A stretch of 64,000 bases of DNA from NCBI GenBank assembly GCA_963665095.1, contig OY762069.1:6592001-6656000 (forward strand), written 5' to 3'. The notes beneath the pieces are model-generated. The model was not told where the DNA came from. It was given only the letters and a program-made list of their open reading frames with translations, and did not search any database. The position numbers were made by a program, and so were the translations under genes. Numbering within the stretch: the first letter of the stretch is position 1; each line of letters starts with the position of its first letter. The stretch comes from an uncultured Desulfobacter sp. GTDB taxonomy: Bacteria > Desulfobacterota > Desulfobacteria > Desulfobacterales > Desulfobacteraceae. Positions 1-8,924 of the stretch are shown here, one piece after another.

Positions 1-789
1 GTGGGCAATGATATTGACCTGGTCGTGTTTTAAAACCCCTAAATTGGCCTGGGAACGGACGGGCTGTGGCGTGCCAAAAAGCACATCTGAAATTTCCGTG
101 GCAATGGTTGATCCGCCCCATCCGTCGGCAATGGATGCCTTTAAGCCCTGAAGAATCAGATTGACCGGGTCATTGTCCACGCCGATATGGGTGCGGTGCA
201 TGATCTCTACGATTTCTCTGTCAATGCCCCTGGGGTCAATCCCGGCTTTTTTCCACAGGTCTACCCGTTTTTCAGGGGCCCTGCGGCTGAATTGTACAAA
301 TCCTTCCTGTTTGCCGAATTCCGCATAAACGCTTTTCGCCAGATCCAGGGCAATCTCTTCCTTTTTCCGGTCCTGGGTCTCAATGCTGTATTCCCGGGCC
401 AGGGCAGCAAGCTTTTCCTCATCTTTGATTTCGTAGCCGCCGCTTTTCCCTTCTGCCGTCAGAAGCAGGGTGTGGGCAAGGTCCCTGCCGTGGTCGGAAT
501 GGGCGGCCGCGCCCCCTGCGATCATCCGGATCAGATTCCGGGCCACGATGATATCTGCTGTGGCCCCGCAAATGCCTTTCTGGGGGCCTGCATCGTCAAA
601 GGGGCTGATCCGGCAGGGTCCCATGTTGCAGTTCCGGCAGCATACCCCTAATTCGCCGAACCCGCACTGGGGCAGCATTTTTTCGTACCGGTCCCATGCG
701 GTTTCAATGCCTTGTTTTTCAGCCTGATCCAGCATTTTCAAGGTTGCCGGATCCACACTTCTTCTTGAAATGTTTTCAGTGAAAGCCAT
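1..789 (-). CDS. cooS: Anaerobic Ni-dependent carbon monoxide dehydrogenase catalytic subunit (5' part; runs off the window start)
   Basis: Manual translation from ATG at 789: MAFTENISRRSVDPATLKMLDQAEKQGIETAWDRYEKMLPQCGFGELGVCCRNCNMGPCRISPF...GICGATADIIVARNLIRMIAGGAAAHSDHGRD, carrying the CooS D/B-cluster cysteines and the HSDH motif. SD AAGGAGG upstream. Absent from the ORF track because there is no stop in the window. Confidence 0.95.
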   Translation of the reverse strand, partial: MAFTENISRRSVDPATLKMLDQAEKQGIETAWDRYEKMLPQCGFGELGVCCRNCNMGPCRISPFDDAGPQKGICGATADIIVARNLIRMIAGGAAAHSDHGRDLAHTLLLTAEGKSGGYEIKDEEKLAALAREYSIETQDRKKEEIALDLAKSVYAEFGKQEGFVQFSRRAPEKRVDLWKKAGIDPRGIDREIVEIMHRTHIGVDNDPVNLILQGLKASIADGWGGSTIATEISDVLFGTPQPVRSQANLGVLKHDQVNIIAH

Positions 790-804
790 GCTAAGATCCT
801 CCTT

Positions 805-1026
805 TATACCGGTCACGGCGCTGCCGGATATCGCCGGCAGGGCGCCCGTAACAGATACAGCGATAGTCCCGGTTCCTCCGGGGATTTATAAGACTGCCAG
901 GGATGACCTTCTGACCTTCAGCCGTTAAGCTCATCCCGGACAGCGCATGAAAGAAAATCCGTGAATTCTTTCATAGGAAAACGGTCAGGCCCGGGGATAC
1001 AGGACCTGACCCTTACAGGCGGTATA
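805..1026 (-). ncRNA. Candidate structured cis-regulatory leader of cooS (closing helix plus five hairpins)
   Basis: 805-811 TATACCG pairs with 1020-1026 CGGTATA. Internal hairpins at 812-852, 863-889, 894-943, 946-975, 983-1011. C.A mismatches on + become G.U pairs on the cooS strand. Confidence 0.55.
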
Positions 1027-1081
1027 CATCGCAAGTGTCAGCAAACAATCATGGAAAAGATCTTTGTAGAGATATTATTAG

Positions 1082-1110
1082 GGTATATCGCTGTGGATTT
1101 CAGTATGCAA
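1082..1110 (-). promoter_or_regulatory. Putative sigma70 promoter for cooS
   Basis: Minus strand TTGCAT-17 nt-TATACC, about 55 nt upstream of the structured leader. Confidence 0.35.
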
Positions 1111-1183
1111 GGAAATAATGGGGGGCAATGAAAATGTTGTGAAAACATACAGAGTATGGATTTACAGCATTGGTGTACGTTCT

Positions 1184-1228
1184 ATGGACCGCCGTGCACC
1201 GGCATTCTGCCGGGGCACGGCGGTCCAT
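1184..1228. repeat. GC-rich 21-bp-arm inverted repeat (REP-like palindrome or terminator)
   Basis: ATGGACCGCCGTGC-A-CCGGCA ttc TGCCGG-G-GCACGGCGGTCCAT; one mismatch, no U-tract, 35 nt downstream of the beta-propeller stop. Confidence 0.6.
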
Positions 1229-1262
1229 CGCGATTGCGTTTTTCTCGGGTTAGTGAGCCTGG

Positions 1263-2786
1263 CTACTCTTCTATAATGGTAATGCAGCCGCCAAACATCG
1301 GCTTTGCGCCGTCAGGTTCTTCAGGAGAAGAGTTGGCTGTTACAGTCAGTATATAGCTGCCCGCTTCGGTAAACGTATATGTCAGACTGTTGCTGGTTGT
1401 ATAATCGGAGATCGCCGTCCAGGAAGATTCGACATAATAACCGGTTCCGTAATTCGGTACGATGCCGAATCGATAATAGATAGTTCCGCCACATTCATTG
1501 ACAGCGTTTGCTGTAATGGTCATTGGAGTGTTCACGATGTGGCTTCCGGAGACATCAAGGCTAAGCATTTTCAACAGATCAACACAGGTATCATCTCCAT
1601 CGTTTGAATCCGTATCAGGCGCCCATCCGTTATCAGATCCGGTCAGTGCGGGGTTGTGTTTGACCATATACCAGTTGCCGTCTACGGTGCCGGCATCAAA
1701 AGCAAGTAATCCACCGCCATGGTCCGTGCTCAGATAAAGGGTGTTGTCCACCAGTACCGGAGATCCCCAGGAAATTTGCATACCAGTCATGCTTGTCTGC
1801 CATACCTGGCTGCCAGTCGCTCCGTCGAGACAGACAAGCGCCATGGCCTCAGAATCTCGTTCTCCGCTTTGGATGTACACTTTTCCATCCACGACAATGG
1901 GAATTGCCGGGGCAGAACCTTGGTCTCTGACGGTTTTTTCCCAAATGGCTGTCCCTGAGCCGGTTAATTCAAAGGCCTTTAAAACTCCATATCTTGAAGC
2001 GGCATAGACATAGGTACTGTCCATGGCCGGGGGGGTATTGTCAGCATAGCTGCTTCCCAAATCCGCGGACCATGCCAGTGACGGGGCTGTGCCGGCATTG
2101 CCGGACAGGGCGTAAAGATTGAGCATGACAGCCCCTTCGTTGGAATCATATTTGGTGAAAGCGGCCATGAAATTGCCGGAAACAGCTCCTAAATTAAACC
2201 CTGAGCCATAAGGAGGTGTTTCTCTCCAGTATTCGGTTCCGTCGCCGGGATCCAGGCAGTAGATATGGTCGGAAAACGCGTATACCACAGATGATGTGGC
2301 CACCATATTGGCTGCCTGGCTGACAGATTTGGTCCAGTACTGCTGAAGCGTTGCTGTACCAACGGCATAAATTGTATTGCTTGTGCTGAAGTAAATCGTT
2401 GATGATGATACGCAGGGCGCCTGGGATGAGATATATCCGGCCGCCTCAAATGAGGCAATCACCGATCCGTCAGAGGGATTGATTTTGTATAATTTGGTTC
2501 CGGCAAAGGCAAACAATAACCCGTCATAGTATACCGGGGAAGAGGTCGGGTAAGTATCCGGAGCGAAGTTGGACTGCCACACCAATGACCCGTCACTGGT
2601 ATTATAGCACATCATGTTTCCCTCCTGGTCCTGCATAAAGGCGTTCGATCCCACAACTACCGGAGATGACCAGGTGTATTCAATGGCGGCATTCCATAGC
2701 AATTCGCCTTCCTGGGCACAGGGTGATCCCACCAATGACAGCAGCAAAAACAAAACAGACACACACATACAACCAATGGACTTCAT
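1263..2786 (-). CDS. Secreted PQQ-like (BamB-type) beta-propeller repeat protein with a C-terminal beta-sandwich domain
   Basis: Signal peptide; repeated SSPVV / DGSLVW / LDGATGSQVW propeller motifs; acidic linker PDTDSNDGDD; Tyr-rich C-terminal domain. Confidence 0.8.
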   Translation of the reverse strand: MKSIGCMCVSVLFLLLSLVGSPCAQEGELLWNAAIEYTWSSPVVVGSNAFMQDQEGNMMCYNTSDGSLVWQSNFAPDTYPTSSPVYYDGLLFAFAGTKLYKINPSDGSVIASFEAAGYISSQAPCVSSSTIYFSTSNTIYAVGTATLQQYWTKSVSQAANMVATSSVVYAFSDHIYCLDPGDGTEYWRETPPYGSGFNLGAVSGNFMAAFTKYDSNEGAVMLNLYALSGNAGTAPSLAWSADLGSSYADNTPPAMDSTYVYAASRYGVLKAFELTGSGTAIWEKTVRDQGSAPAIPIVVDGKVYIQSGERDSEAMALVCLDGATGSQVWQTSMTGMQISWGSPVLVDNTLYLSTDHGGGLLAFDAGTVDGNWYMVKHNPALTGSDNGWAPDTDSNDGDDTCVDLLKMLSLDVSGSHIVNTPMTITANAVNECGGTIYYRFGIVPNYGTGYYVESSWTAISDYTTSNSLTYTFTEAGSYILTVTANSSPEEPDGAKPMFGGCITIIEE

Positions 2787-2893
2787 AAAACTATCCCTTT
2801 CATGAATAATATTTATTTTAAAATGTATCCTTCCGTAGATAAAGTTTCATAACATTAGTTGCACCCAAAGGTCAATTGAGTACGGATCAATTG

Positions 2894-4262
2894 CACGGTG
2901 AATTGATTCTAATTTAATAATTCATTAATCCTAACCGTTTAAATTTATTTCTGAACAACACAATTTATTCCATGTAAAACAGTACATTATGAGATGGAGG
3001 CAGTTATGGATTTTAAAGGAATAGTCGTCCGGCCAATAGAAAGAGCAGAAGTTTCAGTATTTCAAAAATTGATGCAAGCTCACCATTACCTTGGTGCTTT
3101 ACCAAAGATAGGTAATACTATCCGGTACGTGGCAACGTATCAGGACGATTGGTTGGCCTTGATCGTATTTTCTGCAGCTGCCTTAAAATGCGGAGCAAGG
3201 GACAATTGGATAGGTTGGAAATACCGATATCAATATGACCGGTTGAATTTATTAGCGAACAACTCCCTATTTTTGATTTTTCCCGGCTATCATTTTAAAA
3301 ATTTAGCATCAAAAATTTTGTCATTGTGTCAACGAAGAATCCAAAATGATTGGTTAAATCATTTTGGATCTCCTTTATTGCTTCTTGAAACATTCGTTGA
3401 TCCGACCCGATTCCATGGCACCATATATAAAGCGTCAAATTGGCATTTTGTCGGAACTACCAAAGGATATCAACGTATCTGTGGCGGTTCTAGTGATAAA
3501 AACAATTCGGGGAAAATGGTATTTGTCCGCCCATTACAGGGAGATGCCATCACAATTTTGTCCCATCCGATATTAGAAAAATACTATCAGACAGGGGGGC
3601 GGAACATGAGACTCAATGCCGACCAAATGAAATCATTACCTGATTTTTTTCGAAACATTAAAGATCCCCGCCGAGGCCAAGGACGAAGACACCGATTGGA
3701 AGTTGTTTTAGCGATATCAGCCGCAGCGATTTTATGTGGTATTATCGGATATAAAGAAATTCCTGACCACGAGACTGTTGATGGCATCGGACACGGAAGA
3801 ATACAGACCCGTAAAATATGGGTCACTATACATCTGAACGATTACCTTGATTTTCCACATGCAGGCCAGGCGTTCATGATTAAACGTCAATCCTACGACA
3901 AAAAAACGGGTAAAACCAGTAATGAGACCGCCTATGGGGTAACCAGCTTACGCCCAAACCAAGCTGATGCAGCAAAAGTTCTCCAAATTAATCGAGGGCA
4001 CTGGGTAATTGAAAACAGTTGCCATTATGTAATCGACTGGAAATATAATGAAGACAAAAGCCGGGTGAGAGTATGCTCCGGCCCAGAGAATTTAACACGA
4101 CTCAGGCGTTTTGCTGTGGGACTTATCAAAAGCAATAACGTCAAAAGCGTTTCTCAAAAAATGCGGCAACTGCTTTTGAATATAAGGGCCGTCTTCGACT
4201 ATCTAAAATTGAGCAGAAATAGCCAGGCGCACTGCAATGCTTATTAGAACAAATTTACCGTG
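2894..4262 (+). mobile_element. ISAs1-family insertion sequence carrying DUF4338, internally deleted
   Basis: Terminal inverted repeats 2892-2913 TGCACGGTGAATTGATTCTAAT and 4243-4264 (19/22 identical); AT-rich interior; no target-site duplication visible. Confidence 0.85.
2994..4247 (+). pseudogene. DUF4338 domain fused to an ISAs1 transposase lacking its central part
   Basis: N-terminal HHYLG...LLETFVDP..F.GTIYKASNW (DUF4338). DPRRGQGRRHRL (ISAs1 N-terminus) jumps at GYKEI/PDHET to HGRIQTR...RGHWVIEN..HYVID..YNED (ISAs1 C-terminus). The transposase part is only ~210 aa. Confidence 0.8.
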
Positions 4263-4349
4263 CATATTTTTCACTTTGAATGGAAGCCGTTTTCAGGTAT
4301 GAAGACCCTGGCCGAAACGTCGGGAAAACCAAAAGGGCAGACAGTGAAT

Positions 4350-5306
4350 ATGAAGATCTGTGCATACAACGTCCGGGAAGATGAAGAAGAATTTTTTAGC
4401 AGATTCAGTAAGCAGTACGCGGTTGACATCTGCTGCCACAAAGAATCACCCGGGCCGGACACCGTGGCCCTGGCAAAGGGCTGTCCCTGTATCAGTATAG
4501 TCACCAGACCTGTTAGTGCCGGTTTGATCCAAAGCTTTCATGACACAGGTGTTGGTTTGATCTCCACCAGGACAGTCGGTTTTGACCATATTGATCTTGA
4601 AGCTGCCCGGAAATTGGGTATCCAGGTGGAAAATATCTCTTATTCTACAAGCAGTGTTTCCGAATACACCGTTATGCTCATGCTGCTGGCCTTGAGAAAA
4701 ATCAAACTCATTGCACAAAGAATCCGTGTTCAGAATCATACCCTGCCCGGCCTCCGCGGAAAAGAGCTTCGTTCCTGCACTGTCGGTATCATCGGTACGG
4801 GCAGAATTGGACAGGTGGTAATCCGAAATCTGACAGGGTTCGGGTGCCGGATTATCGCCCATGGCAGGCGGCATGGCAAGGATATAGAGCCTTTCTGTGA
4901 TTTTGTATCCATAGAGGAGCTATACAGACAAAGCGATGTCATCAGCCTTCACATCCCGGCCAGTGAAGAGAACTATCATCTCATCAATAATCAGGCCATT
5001 CAAAAAATGAAACCGGGTGTCATCATTGTCAATACCTCCAGGGGCCAGCTCATTAACACGGATGCTCTGATCCAGAATCTTGAATCTGGTCGAATCGGCG
5101 GCGCAGCCCTGGATGTCCTCGAAAATGAAAAACGCTATACCTACCGGGATTTGAAAAACAAGGAAATAAAACACAGGGGATACGCCGTGTTAAAATCTAT
5201 GCCAAACGTGATTCTCACTCCCCATACCGCCTTTTATACAGACCAGGCTATCAGCGACATGGTTGAGAATTCCATCCGCAGTTGCGTGGCGTTTATGAAA
5301 AAATAG
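4350..5306 (+). CDS. D-isomer-specific 2-hydroxyacid dehydrogenase (D-lactate dehydrogenase / VanH-like)
   Basis: STRTVGFDHID, GIIGTGRIG, VNTSRG, AALDVLENE, TPHTAFYT motifs; start at MKICAY chosen. Confidence 0.9.
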   Translation: MKICAYNVREDEEEFFSRFSKQYAVDICCHKESPGPDTVALAKGCPCISIVTRPVSAGLIQSFHDTGVGLISTRTVGFDHIDLEAARKLGIQVENISYSTSSVSEYTVMLMLLALRKIKLIAQRIRVQNHTLPGLRGKELRSCTVGIIGTGRIGQVVIRNLTGFGCRIIAHGRRHGKDIEPFCDFVSIEELYRQSDVISLHIPASEENYHLINNQAIQKMKPGVIIVNTSRGQLINTDALIQNLESGRIGGAALDVLENEKRYTYRDLKNKEIKHRGYAVLKSMPNVILTPHTAFYTDQAISDMVENSIRSCVAFMKK

Positions 5307-5453
5307 AAGGGGCACTGATAATGATGATTTGCCCAGTCTAATATCTGTTTTTTATCAATTAGTTTACCCTCGGTGAAAAATGTGTGACTTTTAAGATGGA
5401 GTTGGCTATCCTTCATATACTTCAGTGAAATCTTTTTGAAGGAAGGAGGTGCT

Positions 5454-8400
5454 TTGAAAAGATCTTTCAGCCAAATTTCACCGGAAAGTTTGCGAAGGAC
5501 CCTGTTTTTATATCTGGCGGCAAGTCTGTTCATTTTTTCACTGTTTTTAAGTCTGACCATTGCTAATCCCATTTATAAGCGGTTAAAAGAATCAGAAAAC
5601 AACAATGTTTACCATGATGTAGAGTTAAGGGCCATGGCCGTGAATGAGTGGGTCAGACGTGCCATGGACATCGCCATTCAAGTGACAAGCAGAACACGGA
5701 TCCGACAGGAACTTGAAAAATATAATAACAAGCAAATTACCTTAGCCCAGCTCAGAGCCTTTACGGAACCTAAATTATCAGATGCCATGAATATGTCGGC
5801 AGATATTGTCGGCATCACCCGCTTGGACAGCTCGGGGAATGTGGTGGCCCAATGTGGCGAAATTATTTCACCATCAACACCTTCAATTGATTATACTGTC
5901 CCCTTTGAGACGTCTGTATCGACGCCTGTTATCCAAAATGGTCGTCACGTGGCGGTTGTCAGTGCACCTATCAAAACTCGGTCAAAGGAATATATCGGTG
6001 CCGATTTAGTAGCAATTGACCTTTTTCAGTTAAAGAAAATTATTATCAGCAAAAGCGAATCCAAAAAAGATTATGAAACGATTTTGGGATACAGTTCGGG
6101 CGGTGCTGTTTTTAAAATGTTCACCGACATAGAAAGTGACAAGGTCAACGTTTTGCTGGAAAAGGCATTCAATGGCCAGAAGGGAATGGATGATCAATCC
6201 CCTGTTTTTGTTGCCGCATACCATTTCCTGGATATTGATAATTGGGGTCTCCTTATTTTGGAACACAAAGCAGACTTGTACAAAACGGTGAACACAAGGC
6301 TGCTCTACTGGGGGCTTACCTGTTTTTTTGTGTATATTGTATTTCTTGCCGGTTTCTGGCTGTTGATGAAACCCCTGGCAAACAGATTCCTGCTGCACTC
6401 AGATGAATTAAATGAAAAGATTAACGAACAAACCAGCCACCTTGAAGAAGAAATAAAAGAGCGGAAACGAACGGCGGCAGAACTGGAAAAAGTTATTTGG
6501 GAACACAGGCAGGCTGAAATCGCCCTTAGTGAAAGTGAAACAAGGCTGTCGCACATCATCATGGGAAGCCCGGTGCCCACGTTTGTTATTGATCGTGACC
6601 ATGTCATAACCCATTGGAATGCAGCACTTGAAAGGGTCAGCGGTATTACGGGACGTCGGATGGTGGGAACAAAGGATCAGTGGATGGCTTTCTATTCAGA
6701 GGAGAGGCCCGTGATGGCGGACCTGATCGTCGATAACGTCTCTGAAGAAAAAGTATCTGACTATTACAGCGGTATATTCAAAAAGTCTGAAAGCGTGGAA
6801 AATGCATATGAAGCGGAAGATTTTTTTCCTGCAATGGGCGAGCATGGGAAATGGCTGTTTTTCACGGCAGCCCCTCTGCGCAACAGTTCAGGAAAGATAA
6901 TTGGCGCAGTGGAGACGTTACAGGATACTTCGGCCCGCAAAAAAGCAGAGAAAGCCTTAAGGGAAAGTGAGGAGAAATACCGTCTGCTGGCCAACAATGT
7001 GACCGATATTATCTGGTCATTGGATATGGACCTGCGATATAGTTATATCAGTCCTTCCATTGAGAAAATGCGCGGATATACTCCGGAGGAAGTGATTGAA
7101 ATTCCAGTGGAAGATGCCTTTACTCCTGCTTCCTACCAAAGAATCGTTGACAGTTTTTTCAGTGAAATAAGTCTGGAATCTGAGCCGGGGGTGGCGAAAA
7201 ACAGATCCGTTGTTTTAGAGCTCGATATGCTTCATAGATCCGGGAAAATTATTCCTGTTGAGGTCAATGCTTCTTTTTTAAGAGATGAATCCGGTTCTCC
7301 AGCCGGAATCATCGGCATTACCCGTGATATTTCCGACCGTAAAAAGGCTGAACAGGCCCTTAGAGACAGTGAGTCAAAGTTCAGAAGCATATTTAATAAT
7401 AAAGGAACTGCAACCTGTCTTTTTGGCGAAGACGGCATTATTAGAGAGTGTAATCTGACATTTGAAGAACTCAGCGGATATCGGAAATCTCAGATTATAA
7501 ATAAGATGATATGGTCCGATTTTGTCCCGGAAGAACATATTGAAAGGATGCAGAAATACCATGATCAACGCTTCCGGGGAATCGGTTTTCCTCCGTCACA
7601 ATACGAAACTGGCTTCCTTAACAGGGCTGGTGAGGTTAAAACAGTTATCGTCAACATCAGTTTAGTCGGAAAGGAACGAATTATTTCTGTGACGGATATC
7701 ACGGAGCGGAAGCTGGCAGAGACAGAGAATGAAAACCTGCATAAAAAATTAGCACAGGCGCAGAAAATGGAAGCCATGGGGTCTCTGGCAGGTGGCATCG
7801 CCCATGATTTTAACAACATTCTTGGCGCGATTATCGGGTACACCGAACTGGCAAAAATGGACAGGGTTGACAGTGAGAAGAAAAACAAACATCTTAATCG
7901 GGTATTAATGGCTGCAGATCGGGCAAAGGAGCTTGTTCACCAGATACTCACATTCAGCAGGCAGACAGAACAGGAAGTTAAACCGCTGAAGGTCGGGCCG
8001 ATTATAAAAGAAGTCCTTCAGCTTATCAGAGCGTCCTTACCTTCAACCATAGCGATCCAAAGCGATATCAACAGTGAGTCTCTTATCATGGGGGACCAGA
8101 CCCAAATTCACCAGGTCATTCTCAACCTTTGCACCAATGCCGGGCATGCCATGCAAGAGGAGGGGGGGACATTATATGTAAACCTCATGGAGGAACGGCT
8201 TGATTCTGATTTTACCGGGAACCTACCTGACTTATCTGCCGGTGATTATGTGAAAATTGAGGTGAAAGACACGGGTCACGGTATTCCGCCAGAGTTGATT
8301 GAACGCCTGTTTGAGCCGTTTTTTACCACAAAGGGTCCTGGTGAAGGAACAGGAATGGGACTGGCCGTCGTACACGGTATCGTAAAAAGCATGAAAGGTG

Positions 8401-8888
8401 AAATTGTGGTTGAAAGTTCCTTGGAAAAGGGGAGCGCCTTCAGTGTCTATCTCCCTGTTGTTCAGGATATGGAGGAGACGGATGCGCCAAAACAGGATGA
8501 GCTGGCTAAAGGCAGCGGGCATATTCTTTTTGTTGATGATGAACCGACTCTGGTGGACATTGGAGAAATATTGCTGAACGAACTGGGGTATACCGTGACG
8601 ACAAGAACCAGCGGGATTGAGGCGCTGGAAGCATTTAAATCCAACCCGGATAGATTCGACCTGGTACTGACAGATATGACAATGCCCCAGATGACAGGAG
8701 AAAGCCTGGCCAGGGAGATAATTTCAATCCGAAAAGACATTCCCATTATCATCAGCACTGGGTTCAGTTCAGTCATGACTGAAGAAAAGGCGCGAAAACT
8801 GGGCGTGAAGGGCCTCCTAATGAAGCCGTTTGTTTTATCGGAGCTTGCAGGCGTGATTCGTGATGTCCTGGATGGAAAAAATGAATAA
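5454..8888 (+). CDS. Membrane-bound multi-PAS hybrid sensor histidine kinase/receiver
   Basis: Two TM segments, three PAS/PAC, H-box LAGGIAHDFNN, NLCTNA, GTGMGL, C-terminal REC (VDDE, TDMTMP, KP); TTG start after GGAGG. Confidence 0.93.
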   Translation: MKRSFSQISPESLRRTLFLYLAASLFIFSLFLSLTIANPIYKRLKESENNNVYHDVELRAMAVNEWVRRAMDIAIQVTSRTRIRQELEKYNNKQITLAQLRAFTEPKLSDAMNMSADIVGITRLDSSGNVVAQCGEIISPSTPSIDYTVPFETSVSTPVIQNGRHVAVVSAPIKTRSKEYIGADLVAIDLFQLKKIIISKSESKKDYETILGYSSGGAVFKMFTDIESDKVNVLLEKAFNGQKGMDDQSPVFVAAYHFLDIDNWGLLILEHKADLYKTVNTRLLYWGLTCFFVYIVFLAGFWLLMKPLANRFLLHSDELNEKINEQTSHLEEEIKERKRTAAELEKVIWEHRQAEIALSESETRLSHIIMGSPVPTFVIDRDHVITHWNAALERVSGITGRRMVGTKDQWMAFYSEERPVMADLIVDNVSEEKVSDYYSGIFKKSESVENAYEAEDFFPAMGEHGKWLFFTAAPLRNSSGKIIGAVETLQDTSARKKAEKALRESEEKYRLLANNVTDIIWSLDMDLRYSYISPSIEKMRGYTPEEVIEIPVEDAFTPASYQRIVDSFFSEISLESEPGVAKNRSVVLELDMLHRSGKIIPVEVNASFLRDESGSPAGIIGITRDISDRKKAEQALRDSESKFRSIFNNKGTATCLFGEDGIIRECNLTFEELSGYRKSQIINKMIWSDFVPEEHIERMQKYHDQRFRGIGFPPSQYETGFLNRAGEVKTVIVNISLVGKERIISVTDITERKLAETENENLHKKLAQAQKMEAMGSLAGGIAHDFNNILGAIIGYTELAKMDRVDSEKKNKHLNRVLMAADRAKELVHQILTFSRQTEQEVKPLKVGPIIKEVLQLIRASLPSTIAIQSDINSESLIMGDQTQIHQVILNLCTNAGHAMQEEGGTLYVNLMEERLDSDFTGNLPDLSAGDYVKIEVKDTGHGIPPELIERLFEPFFTTKGPGEGTGMGLAVVHGIVKSMKGEIVVESSLEKGSAFSVYLPVVQDMEETDAPKQDELAKGSGHILFVDDEPTLVDIGEILLNELGYTVTTRTSGIEALEAFKSNPDRFDLVLTDMTMPQMTGESLAREIISIRKDIPIIISTGFSSVMTEEKARKLGVKGLLMKPFVLSELAGVIRDVLDGKNE

Positions 8889-8924
8889 TCCTGTTGCGCC
8901 TCCCTACCCGGGAAAAAGGGATAT

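Noticed and set aside
187..727. Plus-strand ORFs of 154 and 85 aa
   Set aside because: Antisense shadows of cooS
805..1026. Lysine, Moco, NiCo or cobalamin riboswitch identity for the cooS leader
   Set aside because: Multi-helix shape is suggestive, but the conserved sequence motifs could not be located by eye
2994..3600. DUF4338/DruA as a Druantia anti-phage system
   Set aside because: Lies inside IS terminal repeats fused to a transposase; no other dru genes (e.g. the large helicase) nearby
4350..5306. Vancomycin resistance cluster
   Set aside because: No vanA/vanX/vanRS-type neighbours
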